From assembly GCA_004764695.1 (NCBI GenBank), contig SMSO01000025.1:5310862-5374861 (forward strand): DNA of 64,000 bases. Direction: 5' to 3'. The stretch is from Schizochytrium sp. TIO01 (taxonomy: Eukaryota > Protista > Bigyra: Labyrinthulomycetes). Below the pieces are notes generated by a model. The model ran no database searches, was not told the origin of the DNA, and saw only the letters and a program-made list of their open reading frames with translations. Position numbers and translations under genes: made by a program. Positions within the stretch are counted from its first letter, which is position 1, and every line of letters begins with the position of its first letter. Shown here one piece after another: positions 1 to 11,073 of the stretch.

Positions 1-889
1 AGTGAGTCCTGAGAATAGCTTCAAGGTTGGCGTTCTCATGTTCGAACATCTCTTGCATAATCAAAGCATCCCTCTGCTCTAATTCATGTTCATGAGACAT
101 CCTCATTGCCCTTTGCATTGCTGCATCAAGCTCTTCCGCTGCACTCTCAGCCTCCCCTACCTCCTCCGCTTCCTCGATGTTATCTCGTGTCGCTGTCCAA
201 CTTGTTTTCGATTTCGAGGTCAATTTTGACTTCAATTTTGGTGCAAATTTTGAAGTAACTATTGACGCGCTCTTTGATGTAGGTCGTGATTTTGATGCTT
301 TCGAAGAAGAAACCTTGGATGCCCCTTTTGTCACTGACCTGAATTTCTGTGTGGAGCTCGCTCCAGAGGTCGATCTCGCCAATGAGGCTTCCATATAACT
401 TTCGGAGCCATGGGCCTGATGAACCTCACTTCTTTTTTCTGATGGAGGTAGTGATCTTGCCAGCCGTCTTCTAGCACCACGTATTCGCGCGTATTCATCC
501 ATCTCGAACTGGATGCCTTTGAGCTCGGCCATGAGCGCTTCCTGCGTAAGCTGGTCATCCAGGGCCTCGCTCGCTGCGAGTTCCTGGCTAAGTTTAGCCT
601 CCTCACGCCCCCTCTCCGCAAGGAACTGCTTCATCGAAGATCTCCGTTGTCCAGGTTTGTTACGCAAGTTATCGAGTTTGTTTTCTAGCAAGTTTTCAAA
701 GTCGTCAACTTGTTCAAACTTCGAAACATTATAATAATCCTCCTCCTCATCATGACCGCCATCTTCACCTTCACCTGCGCGGCCACGTGAGGCTCTCTCG
801 CTGCTCCGTTGCAGCCTCCTCATGGCGGCCTCAAATTCCTGCTCGAGGTCGCCCAGGGACAACGGAACGTCCCTGGCGCCGCCCGCCAT
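1..889 (-). CDS. 5' part of an uncharacterised protein with UIM/MIU-like ubiquitin-binding helices and an S/K-rich linker; runs off the window edge
   Basis: Manual minus-strand translation from ATG at 889 (MAGGARDVPLSLGDLEQEFEAAMRRLQRS...) is open for 296 codons to position 1 with no stop, so the ORF track omits it. Contains EELDAAMQRAMRMSHE (UIM-like) and EQRDALIMQEMFEHE. Confidence 0.7.
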   Translation of the reverse strand, partial: MAGGARDVPLSLGDLEQEFEAAMRRLQRSSERASRGRAGEGEDGGHDEEEDYYNVSKFEQVDDFENLLENKLDNLRNKPGQRRSSMKQFLAERGREEAKLSQELAASEALDDQLTQEALMAELKGIQFEMDEYARIRGARRRLARSLPPSEKRSEVHQAHGSESYMEASLARSTSGASSTQKFRSVTKGASKVSSSKASKSRPTSKSASIVTSKFAPKLKSKLTSKSKTSWTATRDNIEEAEEVGEAESAAEELDAAMQRAMRMSHEHELEQRDALIMQEMFEHENANLEAILRTH

Positions 890-1202
890 CGCGCAGAAGA
901 ACTGCAAGCCGTTTGGGATTTGAATATGTTGACTCAATTTTATAACTTGGAAATAGTGGGACAAAAATTAGAAATATATTTGTCAACATGGCAGATTTGG
1001 ATAGACTGGTTCGCCGTTCCTAAAAATCAGATATTGTCATCGTTGAGGGGCTCCTACGGCTCGAGACGCATAACCAAACTCAAGTTGGCCTGATCTAGAG
1101 TAACAGGACGAATAAAGTAACATTTTGGGGGAATTCTAGCTCTAGTGAAGAGATAGGATCAAGAGTAAAGTGGCGCGGCCTAAGTTTTGGCGAGGGGAGG
1201 TC
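890..1202. promoter_or_regulatory. Probable bidirectional promoter between the minus-strand gene and WASHC5
   Basis: 313-bp gap between two divergent ATGs (889 on minus, 1203 on plus). Confidence 0.5.
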
Positions 1203-4200
1203 ATGGAGGCCGAAGGCCTACTAGCAGCGACGAATGTTTGCGGTCAGACACTCCTTAAGCTTGTGGCGAGCGGAAGCGCTGTGCTCGCAGAGATATTGAG
1301 ACTAGCAGATGTGATTCCATCAGTGTTCGAGGGGACCGGGGAATCTTTTGCACGCTATGAACATGTGGTTTTTGATTTTGCGTATTTTAAAAAGCGCAGT
1401 TCCATGGAGGAGCGAATTGACAATGACGAGGACCTTCTTATGAAGGACCACGAATTGCAGCTCAGGTTTGCCAAACTTATCGACAGGTTCTACCTTGCGT
1501 TCAGGGCTATCGTACGTTACCATCGCAAGTTGACGATGTTCTGGGATGACCTCGAGAATGGGTTTTATATTCAACACTCTGCAGAGGAAATCCTGATGGA
1601 CAGGGATGGTGCTCAACTAATGTGTGAAGCGTTATACCAGTATGGTGTCATGCTCGTGTTGCTTGAGCAAAAGATCCCCAGTCGAGTGCGAGAGCGCATG
1701 GTAGTATTTTCATTACGGACGAGAGGTGAAGCAGTCTTGAAGGACCTCGAAACCGTCAGTGTACTTGCTGGCTCCGACGACTTTGCACGGTTGAATGTAG
1801 ACACACGCATTACCAAACTCATCTTAAGCAAACTTGAACTCGACGACTTATACACAATGCGACGGGCATACCCGAATCCTGACCATCGTACAACCGCGCT
1901 TAGCCAACAGGCCGCGATGCTTTTTGTAGTTCTCAAATTTTGTCCCGAGACTCTTCGCAATGAACGCGCAACCATGCGTGCTATCGTAGATCGCTTCTTT
2001 ACAGATAATTGGGTGTTGCATCTATATATGGGAACTATTGTAAATTTGCATGATGCGTGGACTTCCTTTCCAGCTGCAAGGCAAGCACTCCTCGAGGTGC
2101 AAGGGCGCCCTAAGGATCTGGGTGTAGCGGAAGTACAAACCCACATTGATAAGCATCTTATGGACGGTGTTCTCACTGACAAATTTGTGCTTGAGCATTC
2201 AACCAAACTCATCTCTTTGGTAACACGGAGTAACGTAATCATTCGCTGGCTAATGCTGCACCGGACAGATCGCCGTTCTGCCATCACCGCAGAAGGTCTT
2301 CTTGAGTTAATTCTTGGTACCGCCCAGCTGGAGGCAATCCTTAAAGATAAGCTCAGAAAACTCAAGGCAAAGAGGCATGAGACATGGTCATATTGTCAAG
2401 CCCAAGCATCCAAACGGATGGGTGAATTGAGTGATTATTTCACAGGTACCGTGTCCTTAACTCGCGTCAAACCGAATGAGACCTTGGTAGCTTGGTTTAA
2501 GATGATCCAAGATGAAATTGATTCACTAGAATATGTAACACCAACTATTACAGGAAGGCGGATTCAAAAGCTGCTCTTAGCACTGCGTGAAGCAGACAGT
2601 ATTGAGGAAATCGATACGAGCTTACATATTAAGCAGTTTCTTATCGATTCACGTGAGGTCCTCCTACAAATGGTTCGTGTTGTCTCATTAAATGACGGCC
2701 TCTTGGCTAATCTTGATATTGTTACAGATATGGCATATGCATGGGAACTTATCGCCGATTACATGAGCTTGCTCCACGCTCGAATTCATCAACAGCCTGG
2801 AAGTATCAAACTTTTGCGCGCTACATTTATCAAGCTTGTCTCGATCCTTGATACCCCCCTTATCCGGATCTCCCAAGCTGATTCGCCCGATGCACCACAA
2901 GTTGCAGCATATTACTCTGGAGAGCTGGTAAAATTCGTGCAGAGGGTTTTAGCTGTGATTCCTCAAAGCATGTTTGATGTTTTGATGCAATTGATGGACC
3001 TTTTAGTGCACCGTCTACCTTCGATACCCTCTAAAGTTGAGATTGATAATCTGAGAGCGCTAGATTGCCAAAGAGAGCGGCTCCGTATAACAGAGTTGTC
3101 TCATTGGATCTCTACATTCACAGAAGGTATGCTCACCATGCAGGAGACTCTTCTTGGCGTGATAAAAGTGGATCCCCACCAATTGTTAGAAGACGGAATT
3201 CGCACAGAGCTGGTTTCGCGTGTTTGCCATGCACTTGATAGGCAGGTGCAGCTTCCTACACCATTAATCAATCCTTCAACGGAGCAAGTACTGAAAGTTC
3301 TTCACAACGTTTCTGCTAGTATGCGAAGTTTTGAACGTTCACTTGAGTATGTTCAGGACTATGTAGCAATCAATGGCTTACGAATGTGGCATGAAGAACT
3401 TGAGCGCATTTTTGAATGCTATGCAGAATACGAAATGTACCGACGACCACCAGCAATTGGCAACAAGGGAATACCAATATTGCGTGACGCACGGGGCCAA
3501 ACATTTTTAGGACGCTTAGGTCTCATTTTAGATGAGCTCACAAGGCCTGGGTGGACTGTATACGCTCCAGAACAAGCTAGCTGGCATGAACTATCTACTC
3601 ATCAGGAGGTCTTCGGCACAAATTTGATGCGTGCGCTGAAGGAAGCGGTAGGTGTGAAAGGTTTACACGCTTTAGATCGTGTTTTAGAGGTGCGCATCAC
3701 CCGAGAACTTCGTTCATTCTTTCGCAGAGCCAGTGTTTTTTCTTCTTCAAACACCGCTCTTCTTAAGGCACCACCTAAACAGTTGATTATGGCACTTGGG
3801 CAGCCTTGTTTGGGTTCTTGTGAACCAGAGGAACTGTTATCTCTGTTGAAGGAGTGGCGTGATGGAGCCCAACAGGCTTCACAGACAATTGGAAGTCTCA
3901 TGGACCTCGGTCGATGGCAACTTCTTCGTCTGAGGCTACAGCACGAACTTCGTCATACGGCGCGAGTAGAATCCTCATTATTTAGTACCGTTGTATCGCG
4001 TACAAATCAGAGCTTATTGCAGCGAGCAGTTGCGGCCGGCCTTGCAGAATGTGCCAATGAAGAGGATGATGCCGTGGCAACGTCGATGGCAGCAGAGTTG
4101 ATAGAGTTAGACCCTTTGTTGGATCGCTGTGGCCTAGGTGAGCCTCTCAAGAAGATTTATCTTGACAACTCTTTTATTGGGAATGCCGATGAATGCGCAA

Positions 4201-4613
4201 GCGTAATCCCCAGTCTATTACTCGTTGCATTAGTTGAAGCCTTCCCACGTGTACGGTATGATTCTACATTTGCAACTTTGGTCCCGAGCACAAAGCCAAT
4301 TCTTCCTCTTGACGGGTCCCCGCTCGCAGTGGGGCTTACAACTGTCTTGAGGCAGCTAGAGCGTGTGGAAATGGATGCTTTTGTCACTGGGTTCGGTAGC
4401 TTCACGCGTGCTAGTATTAAAGAAGAGCTGTCTGGCAGAATTGGGACCAAGGGTCTTCCTGACCCTATTCTTTCTGCCATTCACTTTGCGGAAACCTTTT
4501 TCGAAGTTGCTGACGTAGATCTCGTTGATGTCAGTCGTGCCTTCCCTGTGTCTTGTTTTGCGTATATAGACCTCCTTTCGGCCCCTCGGTCACGCCAAGG
4601 TGTCTCATCATGA
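1203..4613 (+). CDS. WASHC5: WASH complex subunit 5 (strumpellin), single uninterrupted ORF
   Basis: The N-terminus LLAATNVCGQTLLKLVASGSAVLAEILRL matches the strumpellin start. Also QLMCEALYQYGVML, AYPNPDHRTTALSQQAAML, IVDRFFTDNWV, LLGVIKVDPHQLLEDGIRTELV and LDGSPLAVGLTTVLRQ. ATG at 1203 is preferred over the GTG at 1170. Confidence 0.95.
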   Translation: MEAEGLLAATNVCGQTLLKLVASGSAVLAEILRLADVIPSVFEGTGESFARYEHVVFDFAYFKKRSSMEERIDNDEDLLMKDHELQLRFAKLIDRFYLAFRAIVRYHRKLTMFWDDLENGFYIQHSAEEILMDRDGAQLMCEALYQYGVMLVLLEQKIPSRVRERMVVFSLRTRGEAVLKDLETVSVLAGSDDFARLNVDTRITKLILSKLELDDLYTMRRAYPNPDHRTTALSQQAAMLFVVLKFCPETLRNERATMRAIVDRFFTDNWVLHLYMGTIVNLHDAWTSFPAARQALLEVQGRPKDLGVAEVQTHIDKHLMDGVLTDKFVLEHSTKLISLVTRSNVIIRWLMLHRTDRRSAITAEGLLELILGTAQLEAILKDKLRKLKAKRHETWSYCQAQASKRMGELSDYFTGTVSLTRVKPNETLVAWFKMIQDEIDSLEYVTPTITGRRIQKLLLALREADSIEEIDTSLHIKQFLIDSREVLLQMVRVVSLNDGLLANLDIVTDMAYAWELIADYMSLLHARIHQQPGSIKLLRATFIKLVSILDTPLIRISQADSPDAPQVAAYYSGELVKFVQRVLAVIPQSMFDVLMQLMDLLVHRLPSIPSKVEIDNLRALDCQRERLRITELSHWISTFTEGMLTMQETLLGVIKVDPHQLLEDGIRTELVSRVCHALDRQVQLPTPLINPSTEQVLKVLHNVSASMRSFERSLEYVQDYVAINGLRMWHEELERIFECYAEYEMYRRPPAIGNKGIPILRDARGQTFLGRLGLILDELTRPGWTVYAPEQASWHELSTHQEVFGTNLMRALKEAVGVKGLHALDRVLEVRITRELRSFFRRASVFSSSNTALLKAPPKQLIMALGQPCLGSCEPEELLSLLKEWRDGAQQASQTIGSLMDLGRWQLLRLRLQHELRHTARVESSLFSTVVSRTNQSLLQRAVAAGLAECANEEDDAVATSMAAELIELDPLLDRCGLGEPLKKIYLDNSFIGNADECASVIPSLLLVALVEAFPRVRYDSTFATLVPSTKPILPLDGSPLAVGLTTVLRQLERVEMDAFVTGFGSFTRASIKEELSGRIGTKGLPDPILSAIHFAETFFEVADVDLVDVSRAFPVSCFAYIDLLSAPRSRQGVSS

Positions 4614-7487
4614 GCAGAAGCACCTTGTGAAAACAAGTGAGATCTGGGCTTTTGTTATCTAGTTCATCTTTCTATTATTATTCTAATATTCTATTATTAT
4701 CTTCTTCTCCTTTTTCTTATGTTATTCTTTGGAATAGAAAAAATCAACTTATTTGAGAGACAAAGCAAAAAGATGAACAGTGGCACTCATGTCAAGACTG
4801 ACGACGGCCTACGCAGCACATCGTCAAGTAAACCCATTAACAGCTGCTGGTTGTGTACATGTGCTACTTTCCTATCTTGAAATCCCAGCCTCATTTCAAG
4901 TAGAGAGAACTCTCCCGAAATATGAACAAATAAACAGAATAATAAAAACTGCTGTCTGAGGACTTGAAACTCATCGTTAGCCCGCTACCAGCATGGCAAA
5001 GCACAGCCTGCATAGCCACGCCTTTCGTTGCTCGCCAGTGATGGGCCCCAAGCCGAAATCGCTGGCAGCCAGCAATGCAGCCGTCCACGCGCTCTGCATT
5101 AAATTTGATCGGTGGGAGGGTCATTTTGGTCTCGACTAATTTTCGTTACACTCCCCAGTCCCAATAACAGTAAGTAATGTCATCGCCCAGAACGGCGAGA
5201 ATTCCAAGCCCTTGAGCAGGAAGCTGAGTTATATGTCTCGAGCACATTGCTGTAGCTAGCCGTGGCTACCTATGTAAAGGTCGCGCCTTCTTGAAACCTT
5301 TTTCGTTAACTATGCTTTGCACAGGCCGTCGAGATGGCACCACCGTAGAGATAGATCATCACATCACCCTTGGCAGGGGAGGTTTGCTCGCCGAGCATAG
5401 CGCCACAAAGCCATAGAGAGCTCAGCGAGTGTGATGCCAGGCGCCGCTGCTTTCAGACCTTTGCAAGGTGCTTGTGTCCTTCACGAGGAGCTTGTGTCAT
5501 GCGGTGGCGAGATGTGTCGCACATGATGAATGAGCAAACTAGAGCGCATCTGATTCTGACATTCGGATTCAATGACCTCACCTCACTAGAACTTGCTTAT
5601 CAAGTGCTAATGATAATACTAATAGAGTATATTTTTTAAATTAACATAAAATATTTAAAGCCTCTTTTTGATATGAGAGACATATTTTTAAAAATAAAAA
5701 AATTAGGCTTTTAAAAAATAATATCTACTTTTTTCATTAGTACATAGTAATACCTCTTATTCAATGGTAAAGAAAATAGCTTATAAAATAAAGATGAAGA
5801 AAACAAGTAAAGAAAAGAAGTATTTCTTTTACTGTCCATAGGGGGGCGTCGTGTGTGACCACGGAGAAACCATCCTCCTAGAAAAGAACGCTACTGTGAT
5901 GTTTAGTATACACCGGATAATCTGGATCTTTAGCCGGCACTCCGGGCACCGCTGGTAATTATAACAAGTCGTTCTTTCTGTTCTCCCATGCTAGATTCTC
6001 CGGCAATCCCATCTCCCTTTCATCAGAAAAGTTCGAGTTTTGGCGCACTTGCAAGTGCTCTCAGCATGCTCCGCTCGATAAAAGCCAAGAGGAAGCCTGG
6101 TCAGAGGTACTCTTCTGTATCGCTAGCCAGCACGCCTGAACGATTCTCTGGGAATGTTGATTCCTGATTTATGATTCATGATTCATGATTCATGGTTTAT
6201 GATTTCATATCGTCAGGCAGTCAGCTCACGCATTCGCTTCTCCTCCTAAGTTCGGCGCCAGTCTAAAAGAAGGGTGAAGCAGCGAGGGGCGCTTAGGCTG
6301 GTATAGGGTTTAGGTTATGAGGCGCTCATGCTCGAGTCCGTCTTCTTTCTTTCTTTTTTCTTTCTTTCTTTCTTTCTTTCAAGCTCTTTTCTTTTTTGTC
6401 TTGAGCGAAGCTGATTCTGAAATGAAATGTTCGGAGGGGTTGGTTTTGTTGCTCTCTGCCTGGAGAGAAGGACGATCACAGGATCTGCGTCTGTCCTGGA
6501 GGAGCTTCTGTCTATCATGATGATCGAATTCCTGGACTCCGTGGCGCGTTATTTATCTCCAGCTGGTGGTGCTTTCTTCATTCCGCAAAGTAGGCAAGCT
6601 ATTCTTCTTCGTTTAGACTAAATAGTCCTTTTAATTCTTATAAAAGACATCATCTCTTCTCGAGATAAAAATTTGTAGGTACCCATGTAGGCTCTCACCT
6701 ACTCATATCCATAGCAGTTGTAAATAGAAAAATAAATAAATAAAATAAATAACATAAATAAATAAAAAGTGGTGACCTGAAGAGGTGAAAAAGAAAGTGA
6801 CCTGAAATGAACAATAGTTTCGTCGCTGCTCTCGCTCCTTCCTGAGAGTAACCAATCTCCTGCAAAACCTGGGGCCTGGCCAGCTCGGCCTCATGGTAAA
6901 TGCCATCGAAAGGTGACCCCGATTCGAGTTAGATCGCACTCGGGTGCGGCTCAACCTGCTCTGCAGTGATTGATCTCGAACGATTGATTGCACGCACATT
7001 GATAAAATAAATTCGTCGTTTTGTTTGCATGAAAAAGATCACTCATTCTTCACTTACGCTGTGTCATGGGCGGGGTAGGACCAGGTAGCTTAAACTATAG
7101 GGCCGGCGGAGGTAACTTTCGTTTGAAACCAAAACAAAACAAAACTTCCTTCGGCTGCTTCCTGCAAAGAGAAACTACAAATAATTGATGCCGCAGGTAT
7201 CTCGCACAGAGCTGTTTCTTTGGTTGACTGTTTGACTGCTTGGGCGGGAACTCTAATGCTGCACTGCATGACACACGGGACCCAAACACGGCTATAAAGA
7301 CACCAAGTTCGTAGAAGTTGGAGCTCAATTGCTGCTTTCATTCGGTCGATCATTGACTTATTGATTTGCTCTGATTATTTGCTTCATGCATGTCGGTGCC
7401 CACATCAAAGTAAATCAGGGGGAATTACTATGGTTTGGGGTAGGAGGCACGTAGTAATCGCGAGTTACTTTTTTGCTTGTTGCGATT

Positions 7488-7535
7488 TTTGTTTGTTTGT
7501 TTGTTTGTTTGTTTGTTTGTTTGTTTGTTTGTTTG
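7488..7535. repeat. (TTTG)n microsatellite
   Basis: About 12 perfect units read directly. Confidence 0.95.
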
Positions 7536-8271
7536 AGCCTTTTCTTCGCTTCTTCGGCCGCTGAAGCGACGGCAAATCGGGATTGGCCTCCTCGGCGTCG
7601 AGATCGACGCTGCCGCAGCTGCAGGTGCAGCCTGGTGCAGCAGCGCCTTATCTGGTGAGAGTCCTTGCAGACAGAGGAGGGCCCAGCACTGCTGGAGAAC
7701 GCAGCACCGTTGGACCCCGCGGGCCCTGGTCTAGTCTGCTCATTCACTCGATCATTTCCTGGCTCGTTCATATATATATATATTGAATTATAGACATACA
7801 CGTACATAGACATACTTGCACAGGCTTGAAGAAGTATTTATAAAGGAGATACGGGCAAAGACGAAGACCCAGTTGAGCTCAAGCTTGAACGAGGAGAGGG
7901 TAGACGCAAAACAAACATCCTAGATTAGCGAGAAAGAACCTTTGGGCTTGAGCAGAATTTGCTTTGTGTGGTTTCTTCACAGGTTCTAGTTCCGAGAATT
8001 GTGAATTATACTTGGACATCAGCTAGAGCAAAGACTTGCCAAAGGCCTTGCGGTGTAGGTTGCTGTTTCATTGGCGGTGATCATTAATTGGAAACGTTTC
8101 AAGGACGTATTTTATCAAGTGACAAACGTACGCACCACAAAGAGAGATTACGGTACGATCATTTTTCAGGATCTTGGGATTGGAGTTTGACATTACTTGA
8201 GTACAACTAATTTGGTTCGGGCACGGGCCCCTGAAATTGGCAGAGTGGCAATTGGAAAGTGAACCGGTACA

Positions 8272-11073
8272 ATGAAAATTCATACTTATGTCGTAGCACT
8301 GGCGGTTCTTCTGGCGGGTGGCACTGGGGTAAAAGCTGCATCATCAGAAGACTTTTGTGGATTTATTGATACCAATCAAACATGCATTTCACAACTTGGA
8401 GACGCTGTTTGCGATGCAGCGTTAGTGGATCCGCAAAGTGGATCGGTATCTTCAAAAAATCTGAATACTGTTCGAGGATGTCTTTATGAGACTGTTGACC
8501 AGTTTGGCCTTTCTGGTGTGTCCTCGTGCATGAACCTCCTGCAACTACAATATTTTTTTAAAGGGGAGGGCGCAGAGCCAATTGATAACGACCCCTTGGT
8601 GGCCATGGTTATCATTTCAATACTTCTCGTTCTTTACTTTTTAGTACCATTTGTAATATTTCTTGTTATTTCGGTACTACGAATCCAACTTTACAAGACA
8701 TTAGCAGAGGATGAACACGCCTACAAGGACGAACACCCTTCAAGAAAGCGCCAGAGCCGCCCCGCGCCTGCTAGGTCGGGTGGTAGCCAAGGTCGCAGCC
8801 ACAGTGGCGATGACTCGCAGGGAGTCTTGGCAACTGGAGATAGCGTCTTGCCAGTATACCTTTCATTTCATAGGCTTTCTTACTCTGTCAACCTCACCAA
8901 AAGTGCACGCAAACAAATTATCAAGGATAATGATGGTAAAAAGCCCACAACTCCTGGTTGGAATCGAAAGTTGATTCTTGACAACATTTCTGGTGTCTTT
9001 GAGCCAGAGACTCTTTCAGCCATTATGGGCCCGAGTGGTTGTGGTAAATCTACCCTGCTTGATATTCTTGCTGATCGTAAGCATGGTGGTGTTACGCGAG
9101 GAAAAGTGTTGGTCAACGGACGGCATCGCACGGCCATGTACAAACGCGTGACAGGATACGTCATGCAATTCGATAGCCTTTTTCCTCATTTGACTGTGAG
9201 CGAAGTTCTTCGGTACACCGCGGAATTGCGAATTCCAGGTACTGACTTGCGGGAAAAGAAAGCTGCAGTTGACAGTGTTATCCGCGATCTTGACTTAAAG
9301 CGAGTGGCAAACTCGCGTATTGGTGGCAATGGCGTACCAGGAATCTCTGGCGGTCAAGCACGCCGTGTCACAGTTGGAGTGGAACTCATCACCCGCCCAC
9401 TGGTTCTTTTCCTCGATGAGCCAACGACCGGATTGGATTCGTTTTCCTCCCTTCAGTTAGTCCGCACTCTGCGAGTGCTTGCTGACACGGGACGTACTGT
9501 CGTTGCAACTATTCACCAGCCGCGTCCAGATATATTCGAACTCTTTGATATATTGTTGCTCATGAAAACAGGTCGAATCGCATATTTTGGGCCCATTCAC
9601 ACTGTTGGTGCATATCTTAGCAACTTAGGTATCCAAGTTCCTGAGGGAGCATCGGTAGCAGATTTTGTCGTGGATTTGACTTACTCTGGCGAAGGTGGGG
9701 ACGAAAGTGCATCGGCATCCAATATTGTTGCAGAACTTGCGGATTCTTTTCTTGGCAGCGCTGCTCATCGTCGCGTTGAGCGCTTGGCAGCTAGTCTTGA
9801 AGATCGTTCACTGCCAGAATTGCCTCCACCTGCTGCATCCCAATTCACAAAGTGTGATCCCGATACCGGCGCAATCTTGGACCCTCATGCCGTTCGCTTC
9901 TCACAGTCTGTGTTTCGACAACTCTTCATTTTATTACGACGCAGCTACAAAAACATGGGCCGTGATCGCACATATTTCACTAATGTGGCTATTCAGATGG
10001 TTCAATTTCTCTTTTATGGACTTTTGTTCCTTGGTCTGCGAACTCAAAATCCGGGTGACGACGCGGGTTCATTGCTCGGTATTACAAACACAGCATATCT
10101 AGCCATATTCCAGAAACGTGCTTTTATCTTTCAGGTTATGAACACGATCATGATTATTGAAGTCGTTGTCATTAGCAACTGTTTTGTTGAAAAGAAAATC
10201 TTCCGACGTGAACATGCTTCAGGCGCTTACAGTGTTATGGCTTATCATGGGCAATTCATCATTCGTTTCTATGTTGATGCGATTTGGAAAGGTTTGGTAG
10301 CTGCAATCCTTTCTTACTTTTTCCCGCCAATGCGCCTCACTGCAGATGGCTTTTTCTTCTTCGCAGCTACACTCATGGTGTGCTCCACTTTTGGTTCTGG
10401 TCTAGCTTTCTTGATGGTTTCCCTCATTCCTGATGCTGAAGGTGCAGGTAGTGTGCACGCGCAAATCCTCGGAACCTTCGGCTTGTATTCGGGTTACTTC
10501 ATGGTGGGAGAGTTGTATTACCCAGTTTGGATGCGCTGGCTGTATCAGATGCTGCCCTTTCGTTACAGTTTTGAAGCACTCGAGCTCAATGAATTTACAT
10601 GTCTCACAAAGGGCGAGCAAACTGATATTCTTGGAGTACCACTAACGCTCAACCGCTGGACAAGTCTGTTTATTTACATGATTTGGCCCCCAGTTTTACA
10701 GTGCGCTGCAATGCTAGGATCATGGATCTACACGCGTCCCTCTTCATATTGGGCCCAGACGTTCCCACGCTTCTTCAAGGCTGACGAAGATCCTCTCATG
10801 AAAAAGCCCTCTCAGCATTCCAACTTACAGTCTACCTCTTCAGCTGTCAGCGCTCCCTTTTCTAGAGATAACAGCACTCAAGACGGCGCTGGCCTTGAGC
10901 TTATTGAATCAGCTGCTACGTTAGGTGGCGAGAACAGCCTAAACACAGGAGTGAACCCTTCGTCATCATCCTCAAGCTCCAATGGAGGGCTTGAGGCAGG
11001 ACAGAAAAGCACAAATGGCGTAGCTAGCTCGACTGCTGCGTTGGATCAGGAAAAGATGATGAATCAAGTGTAG
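8272..11073 (+). CDS. ABCG (White-family) half ABC transporter with signal peptide, Cys-containing ectodomain and an extra TM helix before the NBD
   Basis: Walker A GPSGCGKST, Q-loop GYVMQFD, signature ISGGQARR, Walker B LFLDEPTTGLD, H-loop TIHQP, then a multi-TM domain ending WLYQMLPFRYSFEALELNEF (NBD-TMD order). N-terminal MKIHTYVVALAVLLAGGTGVKA is signal-like. Confidence 0.95.
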   Translation: MKIHTYVVALAVLLAGGTGVKAASSEDFCGFIDTNQTCISQLGDAVCDAALVDPQSGSVSSKNLNTVRGCLYETVDQFGLSGVSSCMNLLQLQYFFKGEGAEPIDNDPLVAMVIISILLVLYFLVPFVIFLVISVLRIQLYKTLAEDEHAYKDEHPSRKRQSRPAPARSGGSQGRSHSGDDSQGVLATGDSVLPVYLSFHRLSYSVNLTKSARKQIIKDNDGKKPTTPGWNRKLILDNISGVFEPETLSAIMGPSGCGKSTLLDILADRKHGGVTRGKVLVNGRHRTAMYKRVTGYVMQFDSLFPHLTVSEVLRYTAELRIPGTDLREKKAAVDSVIRDLDLKRVANSRIGGNGVPGISGGQARRVTVGVELITRPLVLFLDEPTTGLDSFSSLQLVRTLRVLADTGRTVVATIHQPRPDIFELFDILLLMKTGRIAYFGPIHTVGAYLSNLGIQVPEGASVADFVVDLTYSGEGGDESASASNIVAELADSFLGSAAHRRVERLAASLEDRSLPELPPPAASQFTKCDPDTGAILDPHAVRFSQSVFRQLFILLRRSYKNMGRDRTYFTNVAIQMVQFLFYGLLFLGLRTQNPGDDAGSLLGITNTAYLAIFQKRAFIFQVMNTIMIIEVVVISNCFVEKKIFRREHASGAYSVMAYHGQFIIRFYVDAIWKGLVAAILSYFFPPMRLTADGFFFFAATLMVCSTFGSGLAFLMVSLIPDAEGAGSVHAQILGTFGLYSGYFMVGELYYPVWMRWLYQMLPFRYSFEALELNEFTCLTKGEQTDILGVPLTLNRWTSLFIYMIWPPVLQCAAMLGSWIYTRPSSYWAQTFPRFFKADEDPLMKKPSQHSNLQSTSSAVSAPFSRDNSTQDGAGLELIESAATLGGENSLNTGVNPSSSSSSSNGGLEAGQKSTNGVASSTAALDQEKMMNQV

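Noticed and set aside
6045-6058. Perfect 14-bp palindrome GCACTTGCAAGTGC
   Set aside because: 7-bp arms are expected several times by chance in this length.
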